A DNA stretch of 64,000 nucleotides from Balanoglossus misakiensis (taxonomy: Eukaryota > Animalia > Hemichordata). This document shows positions 22,953 through 36,175 of this stretch, piece by piece. The position numbers and the translations under genes were made by a program. Under the pieces are notes generated by a model. It ran no database searches and was not told where the DNA came from. It was given only the letters and a program-made list of their open reading frames with translations. The DNA is taken from contig CM082576.2 of NCBI GenBank assembly GCA_040954595.2, forward strand, positions 15,299,028-15,363,027. The letters run 5' to 3'. Numbering within the stretch: the stretch's first letter is position 1; each line of letters starts with the position of its first letter.

Positions 22953-25360
22953 CTGTGTTATTCGTAATCTCTGCGATAACGCGGTGTGCCGCTTGCGGTA
23001 TCAAAATATTCTCAAAGTTCAGCGAATTGCTTAACAAACTTTAGTAATGTCCATATTTTCAGTGTTCATGTTGCTTCTCTTAGCGTGTTTAGGTAAGTGA
23101 CGTGGCAAATCTACTGAGTTATTTCTGTCTTCTCTACCATCAACTTCCACCAATCTTTCCTCATTCTTTGCAGTACGCAACATGTACTTATTGGCAGCCG
23201 TTTGAATATTTCTTTAGATTAGTGATATGAAACAACCTTTGTTACTAGCCTAATTCAATATACAAGGTGTGGTTATTGTTACGAAAACACTTATCCAGAA
23301 ATTCCATTTTATACCGGAAAAGTGCGTTATAGTATACTGTGTGCATTTATTCAATTCTCAGACCCCGTTCTCGAAGACGCGAGTGATGAGGGATGGGCCA
23401 GTGGTGTAACCGATTTATGGGAATCCGAGAATTGTGATAAAGTTAATAATAGCGAAACCGCAAGTAGCGAGTAAGTTTTCTTATGAAATATTTATTGCGA
23501 ATGTTGGGAAATTTATTTTACTCGTAAAAATCAAGTGATGGTGACTACATATTTCTATACATTGGCCCGCACACGGCGCCAACAACAAAACGTTCAAAAG
23601 TACTGAAGATGAAGGATTTTTTTGGAGAATTTACATGCCTCCGTTTTTTGTTTTGGATTCGCAAAACCGTATAATGCATCGCCCTGGTAACTCATGGTAA
23701 CATACCACAATCAAGGTTATATAGACTAAATGTCTGATGAATGGTAATGAATAACCTTCAATAAATGTGGTCATTCTTTTCGTAAATGTTTATTCATCTA
23801 GATCAAGCGAAAGTGACTTTGACGACGCAAAACCGCGAAAGAAGAAAAAACGCGGGAATGTAGTTCGTCGGTTCTTTCGTCGAGTGAGCAAGCGACTCAG
23901 AGGTTTACTTCGTCGTTCAAATTTAAAATGACTGTGCATTTGTGTGTGAGAGTTAAACAAACAAGATGAAACAGAGATGGGTTCGTTCTGAAAGGCAGAC
24001 ATACAGTTGCAAAGAGATGAAAACATAGGGAAAGATTTGAACCATAATCAGTACTTGTCATGCGCGATCATTCTGACGTCATCTGTAACTCTCTCAACAG
24101 CTTGATGCCACCAGGAAAGAGCCAGAGGCAACGAAGAAAAGTGAAAATGGCAAACTACTCAGTAAAAGTACACGGCTTTGGTATAATACATAACGACATG
24201 AAATTGGCCAATGTAATGGTAAGTACACGTCACAGCGCCACTGGTTATGTCGTGTTTATCACGATATCGGAGTTTTAGACAGGCCTTTCCATAATTCACA
24301 ATTACATTGAATGGTGAACACACATGGACACAAATATAATTCTGCAGATTAACTGGAGTATTAGTCTATTAAAGAAATTCTGGTAGTGAGAAAGCCATGC
24401 CTGACTGACTTACTTATCCGACTGACTGACAAACGACGATGAACAAATGCGCTGGATATGCCAATTTGAAATCGTACTACATGTAATCACAAAGGACAAA
24501 ATCTTGGTCACAACAACTACTTTATCCGGTTTCGTTTCAGATGAAACTTCCAGAGATGACAGTTAAACTGATCGACTTTTCGTTCAGTTGCTATGAAAAG
24601 TCACCGCGATTTGACGGAGCCGGGACAATGATGTACGCCCCACCCGAGGCTTTCATGGCTGAGGTCCCACAATGCACGGCGGCCAAGGACATATGGGCGA
24701 TGGGGTGCAGCATGGCCCAGATGGTCACCTTGGAAACGACTTACGGCGGAAATCGCGGTGCCGAAGAGATACTACAAGAACTCGCAACTAAAGTGGCCAG
24801 TGGCGAGGACCTCACTCCAGTGTGTATCGCCATGTTGGATGACGGGCGATTTAAGGAACTCTGCCAGCGTTGCTGTTCCATGGTCCCGTCATCTCGGCCC
24901 AGCGCCCGCATGGTCAGCCGGCGTCTGAGGAAATTGTTTGACGCGGAGAGAAAAAGTCACCCAGGGGATTTTCCATTCCTAATAGCTTAATTTTATTAAT
25001 TTGCTTTATTTTATTTTATTAAACGTTACTTTTATTAAAACATATCATGTTTTCCATTGTTATTTTTCCAGTTAAATTCGCTTATATTTCGTGTGTAGGG
25101 CACTGTGAAAATCGAATGCAAAGGAAATCAAATACGCCTGAAAACTTACAAATCTCTTTCAAAAATCCGTTTCATGAGCGGACAATCATCTATTTCCTAT
25201 TGCCATATTCAGCCGTCGTTAAGGAATACGTTTTGCAGAATGACATATCGTCAAAACGTGTTAGTTCTAATTCTGAAAACAGACAGTGACAGAAATGGGA
25301 GTATTTTTCGTCAAAATATTGCTATTTTGACCCTGTTATTTAATCAGATTACTCTTAGGA
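22953..25360 (+). pseudogene. Duplicated kinase copy lacking the N-lobe exons
   Basis: Nearly identical to 29758-33021 but lacks the segment equivalent to ~31024-31820 (AMK/alphaC exons) and one splice donor; last exon 24541-24990 intact. Confidence 0.85.
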
Positions 25361-27118
25361 AGTTGTTTTGCTTTTTTTTTTAAATTTGCCATTATTAAAA
25401 TAGTCTTCTTATTTTTTTTCGTCATAAACGTCAACCCATTTATTTATATTCATTATTTCTCCTTAAATATCACGATGGCTTCTCTTGAAAAATCTAATTC
25501 ATTCATTGGATTCGTTCAGGATTTAACAGGACCATTGTGACAAATATAGTTATCGTATTTGCTATGAAAGCAGTTGACCATTTTATAAAAAAAACAACAT
25601 AAAATGTAATCTCAAAACCGTTGATAAGTTTTTAAACAAAATTCTTGCAGAACAAAGTGTGTGTGTGTGCGTGTGTGTGTGTGTTGATTGGCATAATAAA
25701 CAAACAAATATGGTCACGTTTGTTTGTTGACATCTTACTAAATAGGGGAAGGGTGTATTCAACGGTTAGGGTTAGGGGTGGGGGTTGTGTGTTTACACAG
25801 CGATCGTCTAACACCGTGTAAACACGTCTCTCACGCGACTGTGCTGCCGTGTGACCCGGTCACTGACTTGGCGAAGAATTATCTGCAGATAGGCATAATT
25901 GCATATTGACACCCCCAAACAACCATATCAAGCTGTGTACGTGTACATAATTCATATAAAATAATCAAGTGCAATTGGAAACATTGTTTTAAAAATCGAA
26001 ATTCGAGACACTATCTCAAAAAAGGAAAATTGAAATGTGCGAGCTGTTGTTTTCGGGCGTGCTCTACCATGTACGTCGGGTCGGCGTGATATAATAGTCT
26101 GGTTCGCTGACCCGTATTGTCGAGGGGTCAGGTTGACCCATTCCCCCTTTCACGACCTTCACCGGAGAATACGTCCAGGGCACCAGACTGTGCATGTATT
26201 ATGACCATTTCTAGCCACGTCAGCAAGCTGAACGGAGTATCTACAAGGCGTCCGAAGCATATGTGACAACAAGGTTAGTACCTTTTAATTAATGATGAAC
26301 TTTCAATAGCGATCTTTAATTGTTACCAATTCAAATCACATACCTTCAGACAGGTTGGTTTGCCGCATTAATAATGGCAATTCTAGGACTGCAACAAATT
26401 AAGGACGATACGGATTTCACGAACATAGATGTATGAAGTCTTAAGTATTCTTGTAGTTATTTGGTCTTCAGGACATGAAGTTAATACAACTTGTTGGTCA
26501 ATGTTTAGTCCACATGCATGCTTCTTCAAGTTCAACTTGCTCTTGGTCAACTCAACTCGGCTTGTGCCTTGCTTTGCCAAAAAACGATCCATATCCATGA
26601 CATCTTCAACCATTTGTTATATTTTACTTATTTATTAGCGGGTTGCTTTCTCACAAGGTCATCGTTGAGTTGGTGCTTGAATAGTCTAGTTGTGTTTTAA
26701 CGTTTAGACATAACTATATTTCGAAGTATCGCGTGATTCAAGATGGCTCTCCTCATGGGTCGTTTTGGGCTACTCGAAGCTTCTGGTAGAAGTGGCACTA
26801 CATGACACTTTCCACTGTCTTTTGTCACTGTCAACTGAATTTCCCACTGTCTTCGATCTATTAGTTTACCCCCAAATCCCCTGCCACCTTAGTGTATATC
26901 TCTAAAGAAACAGTGCCCGTCTGCTATTGCCCAGGCTATAGCCCTTTGACTTGTGTTTCCCCTCCATGTAAATACTCGCACACTACATAATCCTAATAAT
27001 TATCATTCATACGGGATTCACCCCAACACAAACATTGTGTAGTCAACGGACCAGGCTATAATGGAATGAATATTGTTTGTTCTCTTTTGAATTGTAGACA
27101 CTTGCAAAGAGATCCACT

Positions 27119-27778
27119 ATGGAGTTTGGGAAAATGAAAGAGATCCATCGCAAGGAGACAGTTGATCTTGTCACCGACATATTCCTGAATCACGAGCCAA
27201 TTTTGAGCCACACGAAACCGCCTGTTGCCGTTACCAAACGCTTCGTTGAGGTGTGTGTCGACAGAGCCATGCGAGATGGAATATCAGTTGTTGCCATAGA
27301 TACCGAGGTCAACAAAGTGATTGGAGCCATGCTAAATCACCTACTCTGCAGCACTAGTGAAGTCGACGGTGATTATGAAAAGGCAGGTGTAATGGGACCT
27401 GCGCTAGAGCCGTTCACGCTAATGCTCCACGTATTGGAGATGAGATGCAGTGAGCTGGACCACACCAAGACCTTGCAAGCAGCTGGTGAGAAATTCATGG
27501 AGGTGATTGGTATCGTGGTCAGCGATGGTTATCATGGGCGAGGTGTCACAAGACGACTGCTGCAAGAGAGTATAGAGATGGGGAAATCTAAAGGTGCAAA
27601 GATGGTGTACTCGGTACTGACCAGTCCGATCTCGCAACACATCTTCGCAACAACGCCAGGGTTTGTCCGAGTGGGTGACATGATTCGTTACGATGAATTT
27701 GAAGTCAATGGTCAGAAACCGTTTTTGGGTATGCCGGCTGGACGCAAAGGAGCAACACTGGATGTGAAGAAGTTGTAA
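27119..27778 (+). CDS. GNAT N-acetyltransferase, insect-type arylalkylamine/dopamine N-acetyltransferase-like
   Basis: FLNHEP motif, SVVAID...VIGAMLN, acetyl-CoA motif A VSDGYHGRGV, TSPISQHIF...GF; acceptor ttgtag at 27093-27098 allows an upstream exon. Confidence 0.85.
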   Translation: MEFGKMKEIHRKETVDLVTDIFLNHEPILSHTKPPVAVTKRFVEVCVDRAMRDGISVVAIDTEVNKVIGAMLNHLLCSTSEVDGDYEKAGVMGPALEPFTLMLHVLEMRCSELDHTKTLQAAGEKFMEVIGIVVSDGYHGRGVTRRLLQESIEMGKSKGAKMVYSVLTSPISQHIFATTPGFVRVGDMIRYDEFEVNGQKPFLGMPAGRKGATLDVKKL

Positions 27779-28713
27779 GACAAATGCCTTGAATGTCTTC
27801 TTGTGTAATTCTGAAACAGAAGACACGCTGATACATATACCAAAGGAATGAGGGGTGCCGAAAACTTGCGATCAAAACATTTTATTTGTAAAGCGTAAAA
27901 CAAACTATCATTTGAAATTGAAAAAATGCAGTTCCTTCACAATTGGACACAATATATAGAAGTATATCAGACACGAAGAAATGACAGAACTACATCAGCA
28001 CATGACCGCTGCGCGCTATCTGTCCAGACAAAAATATCTTCGTACGGCACAGATCGCGCGCATATCATATATCATTTCATATTTTTGGAACTTACATAGC
28101 TATAGTGGGATTATTATTGGAACCTATTTTTCCAATGACAATATACATATCATGGTAATGATTGACCAGTGTATAGAGAAAGAACTGATTAGAAACACCA
28201 TGTGATGGTTGTAAATAAATGTTCAGAACGGAATATATGGTCCAAATTTTGGCTGTGTGTCGTATTTTGAGAAAATGTCAGCTGCATGGACACCATAATA
28301 CATGTCAAACAGTGAAGGGTATAGTCGTGGATTCCTGCATCTGTAACAGGGTCTGTAACAGCAGACAACGGTGAGCACCCATTGGCAGCAGAAATGCACA
28401 ATAACGAACACAGTATTGATTTAGCCTACTGGCGACAAAAATTGTTCTACATTCATGTAGCGTCATACTGTCTATCATAGAGATGCAGCTACATGTGTCC
28501 TATTCAATTAGTGGATTCTGCTGGAAATTTAGTGATTCTTCTCAATATCTTTTCAATATGTCCGAGAAAAATCACGCCCACCTGTGGGCTGCCGAACGAT
28601 TTTGTGTGTTTATCATCCTCGCCATTACGCATGCGTGAGTCTTGTAATTTTACTGATGTACAAGAATGCACAAGAAAGTTACCATTTGGAATTTGACTCG
28701 CGGTAAAGCCAAC

Positions 28714-28774
28714 ATGTTCACGCGTGTGGTCCTGCTGCTAATGCCGCTGCTGCTCGAAAATCATGGTTGCCATG
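28714..28774 (+). CDS. Orphan signal-peptide exon
   Basis: gccaacATG, MFTRVVLLLMPLLLENHGCH(G), then donor G|gtaagt (phase 1); downstream partner exon not identified. Confidence 0.5.
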
Positions 28775-28928
28775 GTAAGTCTGTAAAACAAAAGAACACT
28801 ATAGAAATAATGGATGACGCCCTGACCATTAACGTTTGTTTATGGGCGAGGGCGAGGGGAAAGCCAAAAATTCGAGGCTTCCTAGGAAATTTTTGTGAAT
28901 GATAAATTTTCACTAACTACACGAGAGA

Positions 28929-28989
28929 CAAACAAACAAACAAACAAACAAACAAACAAACAAGCAAACAAACAAACAAACAAACAAAC
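28929..28989. repeat. (AAAC)n microsatellite
   Basis: About 15 consecutive AAAC units. Confidence 0.95.
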
Positions 28990-29206
28990 GCGAAAATAAA
29001 AAGTCGCGTAAAAAGTTTTTCGGAGATAATGATGCAGTGAAATAGAGAACATGAAATACAGATAACTTATATTTTCAAATTCTTACAACAGTGAGTCGTC
29101 AACTACCACAATACAATTATAATGTGAGGCTTTCAAATATTATTTCTAAGAATTCTTTTCAGAATTATGGCTTTGATTTGATCTGCAACTTTAGAAAATG
29201 CAGGTT

Positions 29207-29757
29207 TTATCCCAATTCAAGTAAATGTAGTTGGGTTCTGTGATCGAGCCGGCTGTCCTTTTCAAGTTCAAGTCTGGTTCGTTGCCAGAACATTTCCTGT
29301 CCGACCTCATCCTCTGTCCACCGCAGACATTTCTTTTTTCTGTCCGACCTCATCCTCTGTCCACCGCAGACATTTCTTGCGACACTTCAGCAGCCGGATC
29401 AGTCGCGGCAACTTGTCGTCGGGAATGGGTCGGAGCTGCACCAGGATGACCACGTCCCTGAGTTCGTCAAACAGGCGCTGCAGGGCCACCTCAAGCTCAA
29501 AGATGCAGAACTGATCCTCCACAAAGTCCTCGCTCAGGACGAAGACTACTTTGTCACTTCGGTGCACACATTCTGTGATGTTGTCGGCGATGGCAACACC
29601 CGGCGGGTAATCCCTGTCTTTGATGCAGAGTCGAAACTGATCCCGTTCCTCAAATCGGACCATCATCTCGTGTCTCACCCAGCGATAATCTTCGTCGGCG
29701 TAGGACACCATGATCTGACCGCGCCTCTCGCCGTTCTCGCCTTCCACAGCCTGGTAG
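29207..29757 (-). pseudogene. Toll-like receptor TIR domain fragment, 5'-truncated and frameshifted
   Basis: VSYADEDYRWV (box 1), LCIKDRDYPPG (box 2), FVLSEDF..CIFELEVA; box 3 EMFWQR is displaced by a 43-bp tandem duplication (29297 and 29340). Confidence 0.9.
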
Positions 29758-29882
29758 CTGTGTTATTCGGTGTTATTCGTAATCTCTGCGATAACGCGGT
29801 GTGGCGCTTGCGGTATCAAAATATTCTCAAAGTTCAGCGAATTGCTTAACAAACTTTAGTAATGTCCATATTTTCAGTGTTC

Positions 29883-32636
29883 ATGTTGCTTCTCTTAGCG
29901 TGTTTAGGTAAGTGACGTGGCAAATCTACTGAGTTATTTCTGTCTTCTCTACCATCAACTTCCACCAATCTTTCCTCATTCTTTGCAGTACGCAACATGT
30001 ACTTATTGGCAGCCGTTTGAATATGTCTTTAGATTAGTGATATGAAACAACCTTTGTTACTTAGCCTAATTCAATATACAAGGTGTGGTTATTGTTACGA
30101 AAACACTTATCCAGAAATTCCATTTTATACCGGAAAAGTGCGTTATAGTATACTGTGTGCATTTATTCAATTCTCAGACCCCGTTCTCGAAGACGCGAGT
30201 GATGAGGGATGGGCCAGTGGTGTAACGGATTTATGGGAATCCGAGAATTGTGATAAAGTTAATAATAGCGAAACCGCAAGTAGCGAGTAAGTTTTCTTAC
30301 GAAAAAATTATTGCGAATGTTGGGAAATTTATTTTCCTCGTAAAAATCAAGTGATGGTGACTACATATTTCTATACATTGGCCCGCACACGGCGCATACA
30401 ACAAAACGTTCAAAAGTACTGAAGATGAACGATTTTTTTGGAGAATTTACATGCCTCCGTTTTTTGTTTTGGATTCGCAAAACCGTATATTGCATTGCCC
30501 TGGTAACTCATGGTAACAAACAACAATGAAGGTTATATAGACTAAATGTCTGATGAATGGTAATGAATAACCTTCAAAAAAGGTCGTCATTCTTTTCGTA
30601 AATGTTTATTCGTCTAGATCAAGCGAAAGTGAATTTGACGACGTAAAACCGCGGAAGAAGAAAAAACGCGGGAATGTAGTTCGTCGGTTCTTTCGTCGAG
30701 TGAGAAAGCGACTCAGTGGTTTATTTCGTCGTGCCCAGGACACTGAAGAGGTATGATATGTTGTTATTTCTAAACTTAAAATGACTGTGCATTTGTGTGA
30801 GAGAGATAAACAAACAAGATGACACAGAGATTGGTTCATTCAGAAAGGCAGACATCGTGGCAAAGAGATGAAAACATAGAGAAAGATTTGAACCATAATC
30901 AGTACCTGTCGTGCGCGATCATATATTCTGACGTCATCTGTAACTCTCTCAACAGCTTGATTCCACCAGGAAAGAGCCAGAGGCAATGAAGAAACGTGAA
31001 AATGGCAAACTACTCAGTAAAAGCCCGGAAGGTTTGTATAACAAGCATCGCAATGACCCATCTCTTGAGTAACAAAGTGTTTCCTTAATACAGACACGAA
31101 GAAACGCGGCATTGTTTCTGTGTCAGGATTGTACTCGAAAGTCGTACTCGGATATTTACGTGAGCAGAAACAACTGTACGCAATGAAGTATCTGAATTAT
31201 GCCGACAATTTCCGGGACGCGACTTACTTCGATGATGTCGCCGCGAACGAAATTAACATGATGAGGTATGATCATATTATTGGTATTGATATATCAATAA
31301 ATTAGTCAAATAGTCAGTCGCTCAATGCATTAGGGCCTACTTAATCATTCAACGGATCAGTCGACTAATCTATCAGCAAATAGTCAGTCAATCAAGTACA
31401 TGTATTGTGTCAACCAACCTAATAACTAACTTTCTCTTTTACAGAGCTCTAAATAAATTAAACTGTGAGAAGTTTGTTCGCATGGATGGGATGTTTCAGA
31501 AGAACAAAATGAGCGTCCTTGTGTACGAATATGTGCAAGGTCTGGACTTGGAAGCATTCACCAAGAAATTCGGAAAAGAAGTAAGTTCTTCCGGCCAATT
31601 ACAGCGAAAAGTACGCACTATATCCATGGAAGTTTTTGATGCTGATGCTAATGATGATGATGATGATGACGACGACGACAAGCCGAGACAGCCTCAGAAT
31701 TATCGGTGAAAACGAATCTTTTCTAAAACTGCGTGTATTTTTGTTTGTTTGTTGAAACGTAGGTGCCCCTGGTTGTCAAGTATGACATCTTGAAGAAAAT
31801 GGCCGACGCCCTGGCGGCACTACACGGCTTTGGTATAATACATAACGACATGAAATTGGCCAATGTAATGGTATGTACACTACGCTACGGGTTATGTCGT
31901 GTTTATCACAATATATGAGTTTAAGACAGGCCTTTCCATGATTCACAATTACATTCAATGGTGAACACATACGGACACAATTATAATTCTGCAGAGTATT
32001 AGTCTATTAAAGAAATTCTGGCAGTGAGACAGACATAACTGACTGACAGACTGACTTACTTATCCGAGTGACTGACAAACGACGATGAACAATTGCGCTG
32101 GATATGACAATTTGAAATCGTACTACATGTAATAACAAAGGACAAAATCTTGGTCACAAAAACTACTTTATCCGGTTTCGTTTCAGATGAAACTTCCAGA
32201 GATGACAGTTAAACTGATCGACTTTTCGTTCAGTTGCTATGCAAAGTCACCGCGATTTGACGGAGCCGGGACAATGATGTACGCCCCACCCGAGGCTTTC
32301 AGGGCTGAGGTCCGAACATGCACGGCGGCCAAGGACATATGGGCGATGGGGTGCAGCATGGCCCAGATGGTCACCTTGGAAACGGCTTACGGCGGCAATC
32401 GCGGTGCCGAAGAGATACTACAAGAACTCGCAACTAAAGTGGCCAGTGGCGAGGACCTCACTCCAGTGTGTATCGCCATGTTGGATGACGGGCGATTTAA
32501 GGAACTCTGCCAGCGTTGCTGTTCCATGGTCCCGTCATCTCGGCCCAGCGCCCGCATGGTCAGCCGGCGTCTGAGGAAATTGTTTGACGCGGAGAGAAAA
32601 GCTCACCCAGGGGATTTTCCATTCCAAATAGCTTAA
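29883..32636 (+). CDS. Atypical Ser/Thr protein kinase; exons 29883-29907(?), 30178-30286, 30618-30750, 30956-31031, 31094-31265, 31445-31580, 31763-31870, 32187-32636
   Basis: All junctions GT-AG and phase-compatible. Motifs YAMK, alphaC Glu (ANE), HNDMKLANVM, DFS, GTMMYAPPE, DIWAMG and RPSA. First exon tentative. Confidence 0.85.
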
Positions 32637-33730
32637 TTTTATTAATTTGCTTTATTTTATATTATTTTATTGTATTAAACGTTCCTGTTATTCAACCATA
32701 TTATGTTTTCCATTTTGTTATTTTTCCTGTCAAATTCGCTTATATTTCGTGTGTAGGGCGCTGTGAAATTCGACGGTAAAGGAAATCAAATACACGTACG
32801 CTGAGAAACTTACAAATCTCTCTCAGGAACAAGTTCCATGAGCGGACAATCATCTATTCCCTATTGCCATATTAAGTCGTCGTTAAGGAATAAGTTTTGC
32901 TGAATGACATATCTTCAAAACGTGTTAGTTCTAATTCTGAAAACAGACAGTGACAGAAATGGTAATATTTGCCGGCAAATATTGCTTTTTTACCTGTTAT
33001 TTTAAACAGATTACTCTTAGGACCTAACCACGCCTCTAACCTTAAATTACCTTAAATCGCGGTATTATGGGGAAGCATCTGTTATACTTTTTTACTTTAC
33101 TAACATAATAAACCGAGTTTATTATTGTAATGATGCCTTGTGTATTGTGGCTGAGAAAAAAAGGCGTGTAAGAACAGTGTCAGACTAGCGGCCACGTTGT
33201 ACCCTAAGGGTAAAATCTATAGTGGGTGGGAAATTCCCGGCTGGTAATATTCAGGGAGAGCCGTCCTAATACCAGAACGCAAAGTTCAAACACAAACCAC
33301 ACCCGCACAATTCCTACATATAGTCACGGATAGACTCGGTGTACGGGTATGTGGCGCCCGGATGGTCAGTTTTCTTATACAAAAATATAAATGAATTAAA
33401 AATGCCCAGAGCTTTGTGCATCTATTTAGAAATTAAGTTGCGCACAACTAGGAAAATCTTCAACTTGATCAACATAGCTAGTTTAGGAAGAAGACGAAGT
33501 AGCCATTTCAGCATAATTTTAATGATAAAATACTCCACGCGCTAGTTTCTTTTTCTACACTTTATTGATTTATTTTGACGACATTTTTACAATAATCATT
33601 TTATGCACAGGTGAATATGGTCAACTAATCAGACCAACTTTCTTACAGAGAATACATTACAATCATTTCATGTTCCAGAGTAAAATCAACCAATCGGATA
33701 CAAGTTTACATAAAGAACGGATTACAGTTA

Positions 33731-33873
33731 AGCAATAAAACACCCCCAGCCATGGTATACCACGAGATTTTGACAAGTTCACGACATATACGCACTCGCT
33801 ATCGCTCGTGCGTATATGGAGTTGAACTGGTCAAAATCTCGTGGTATACCATGGCTGGGGGTGTTTTATTGCT
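33731..33873. repeat. Palindromic MITE-like element
   Basis: AGCAATAAAACACCCCCAGCCATGGTATACCACGAGATTTTGAC and its exact reverse complement flank a short loop; a second short inverted repeat follows at ~33878-34040. Confidence 0.85.
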
Positions 33874-34375
33874 ATTATATTATGCCAGTATATTGAAACT
33901 TTGCATAAAACATTTTAAAAAGGCATTTTCTTTGACTATGATATATGACTGTGGTATATGACTAATATATCACAGTCACGTGTCGTGTCTCGACCAATAA
34001 AATAGCGTGATTTACACCATCAATATACTGGTATAATATAATCCCAATTATTTAATGTACAGGTGCGTGAATCAATCAATCAATCAAAAGGACTTATAGT
34101 GCGCCAAACTCCACTGCAATAGTGTTCAATAGCGCTTTACAATGTGAAAAATCCAATGTAAAGTTACTGTTAATAGGCTCTGTTAAACAGATAAGTCTTG
34201 ATGTGTTTCTTGAAACTGTCAAGGCATGTATGTAATGTAGTAAACGAATCAAATGAACTCTTACAGAAAGAAGAGATTACAATCTGATCCAATCATTTCA
34301 TACAGGTGAGTATGGTCAACCACAAATTTCAACTAAAATAAAACGAGCTCTGATAAACATAATGTTTGACTTTAA

Positions 34376-34876
34376 AGGCTCATGAGCTGCAAATGGAAAA
34401 AAACATTAAGCTTTAAATAGTTTCGGATATGCTTTTAATTCTGTTTATTAAAGGGACAAAGTCTCTCTCTCTCGCTGCCCCTTTTCCATTTATTGTATTT
34501 GATACAATATGGATGTGGATATATAGTGAATCAACGTTAGCCCACACACACACAACTTCCATCCCATTTGTAGACACGAGAGTGAAAAAACTCACCACAA
34601 GGAAAAATCGGTCTCGATTTTTACTCTCATATCTTACAAATGGGATGGGAGTTGTGTGTTCGAACGTTGATTAACTACATATCCAGATGTAGAATAACAT
34701 AAACAGTGTCTTTTATCAAACATCATAAATGATATTGCCTGATTGTAAATCAAGAAAACTCTTATTTATGACAAAATGGCCCAAAAAAATCAAAGAAATA
34801 TCAGTATAGTCGAAAATTCCCGTATTTTTTTAAAAAGGTGAAATATTGCATTTTTCGAGTTGGAGCTCATGGGGCT
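34376..34876. mobile_element. Kolobok-type MITE with a nested fragment of a second MITE family (34452-~34725)
   Basis: TTAA TSDs; TIR AGGCTCATGAGCTGCAA; same family as 59903-60363; nested AGGGACAAAGTCTCTCTCTCGCTGCCCC end. Confidence 0.7.
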
Positions 34877-36175
34877 TTAATCGTGCCAACATCTACATAT
34901 GCGTAAGATTTTAAACAGCTAAGAGGATTTTTTCTGGTACAGGTGAAGTTTTCAATGTGTAATATTTGAAAGGTTATCAGTTGTACAAATTTCGCTAAAA
35001 CTATTACAATACAAAAATATTTAAGATTTCCCACAAATGAATTAATAAAACTTTTCTCACCAAGAATTTCTTGTTTTCCCATACATCTTGTAGATTGAAA
35101 ACGAATACTAGTATTTTTAATATGATGTATTCATATAGGTTTTTGTTCTTGGTCTATCAATATGGTATGACATTTCATAACATTTCTTTGGGTATCTACT
35201 ATATTTGTCATTTTTTTAAAAGTCTGACCCAACATTTTATACATCTTCTGGATAAAAGTCAGGTATTTCAAACAAATAAGATGTTTTACAACTTAGAAAT
35301 ACATTACAGAAATATGATTGTGGCTTGTTGTGCAATCTTTATTCTATAGATTAATGAACTTCCGTTAGCGGCCGCTGAAAATAAATGGCGGCATTTTGTT
35401 GATATGTTGATATGTTGATATGTCAAATAAATAGGCCTACAGCACCTTCCTGTTGTGTTGGTCCACCCCAGCAGTTTTGAATTTTCATTCCGCAAAAGGT
35501 GGTACTGTTTATTACTTGGAACATTATTTTTTACCCAAAGCGTCGTTTTAATTGATGACAGGTCAATACCCTACAAAACATATTTTTTCTTTGGGGGCGT
35601 ATTACCTGTTTGTGGACATACACACAGAGGGTAGAATTCACGAGCAGGCCATGTGATGACTGCTCACAGTTCATCAAAACACCGCAAAAATCGATGAAAT
35701 GGTCGCTTTGATTTATATTAGCCACTAGTATTCACCATACTCGAATTACAATCGTTTGATGAGAGGCAAAAGAGTGCATGGGCATTGCAATTCTGACTGC
35801 CTTAAATAGGCCTAATATAAATAGGTTTTCATTTTATGCTAGGGGGTCAAATCACATGATAATAATTGCATTCTGGGTAAAAGTAGACAACCCAATGCAG
35901 TAAGATATAGAAGAAATGATATGTTTACTGTATTTAATGACTTTCTTTAGTCAAAAATGTTTGTCTTCACATTTTGTTATTTTTTTCTGTTACAAAGTTT
36001 CAGAATGACCCAGTATCACTTTAGCTTGTGAACTTTCATTTCTTAAACATGGCAAAAATCGGCCATCTTGAAATTGTGTCGACCGTATGAGATTTTCTTC
36101 GCTCACTTAGGTAGCAAAAACCTATTTAAGGTAGGGAGAATTAGCAACCCCGTTATGGCAGCGGGCGTTCCCACC

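Noticed and set aside
26383-26613. 76-aa minus-strand ORF
   Set aside because: No recognisable motif or convincing splice context; cannot be supported.
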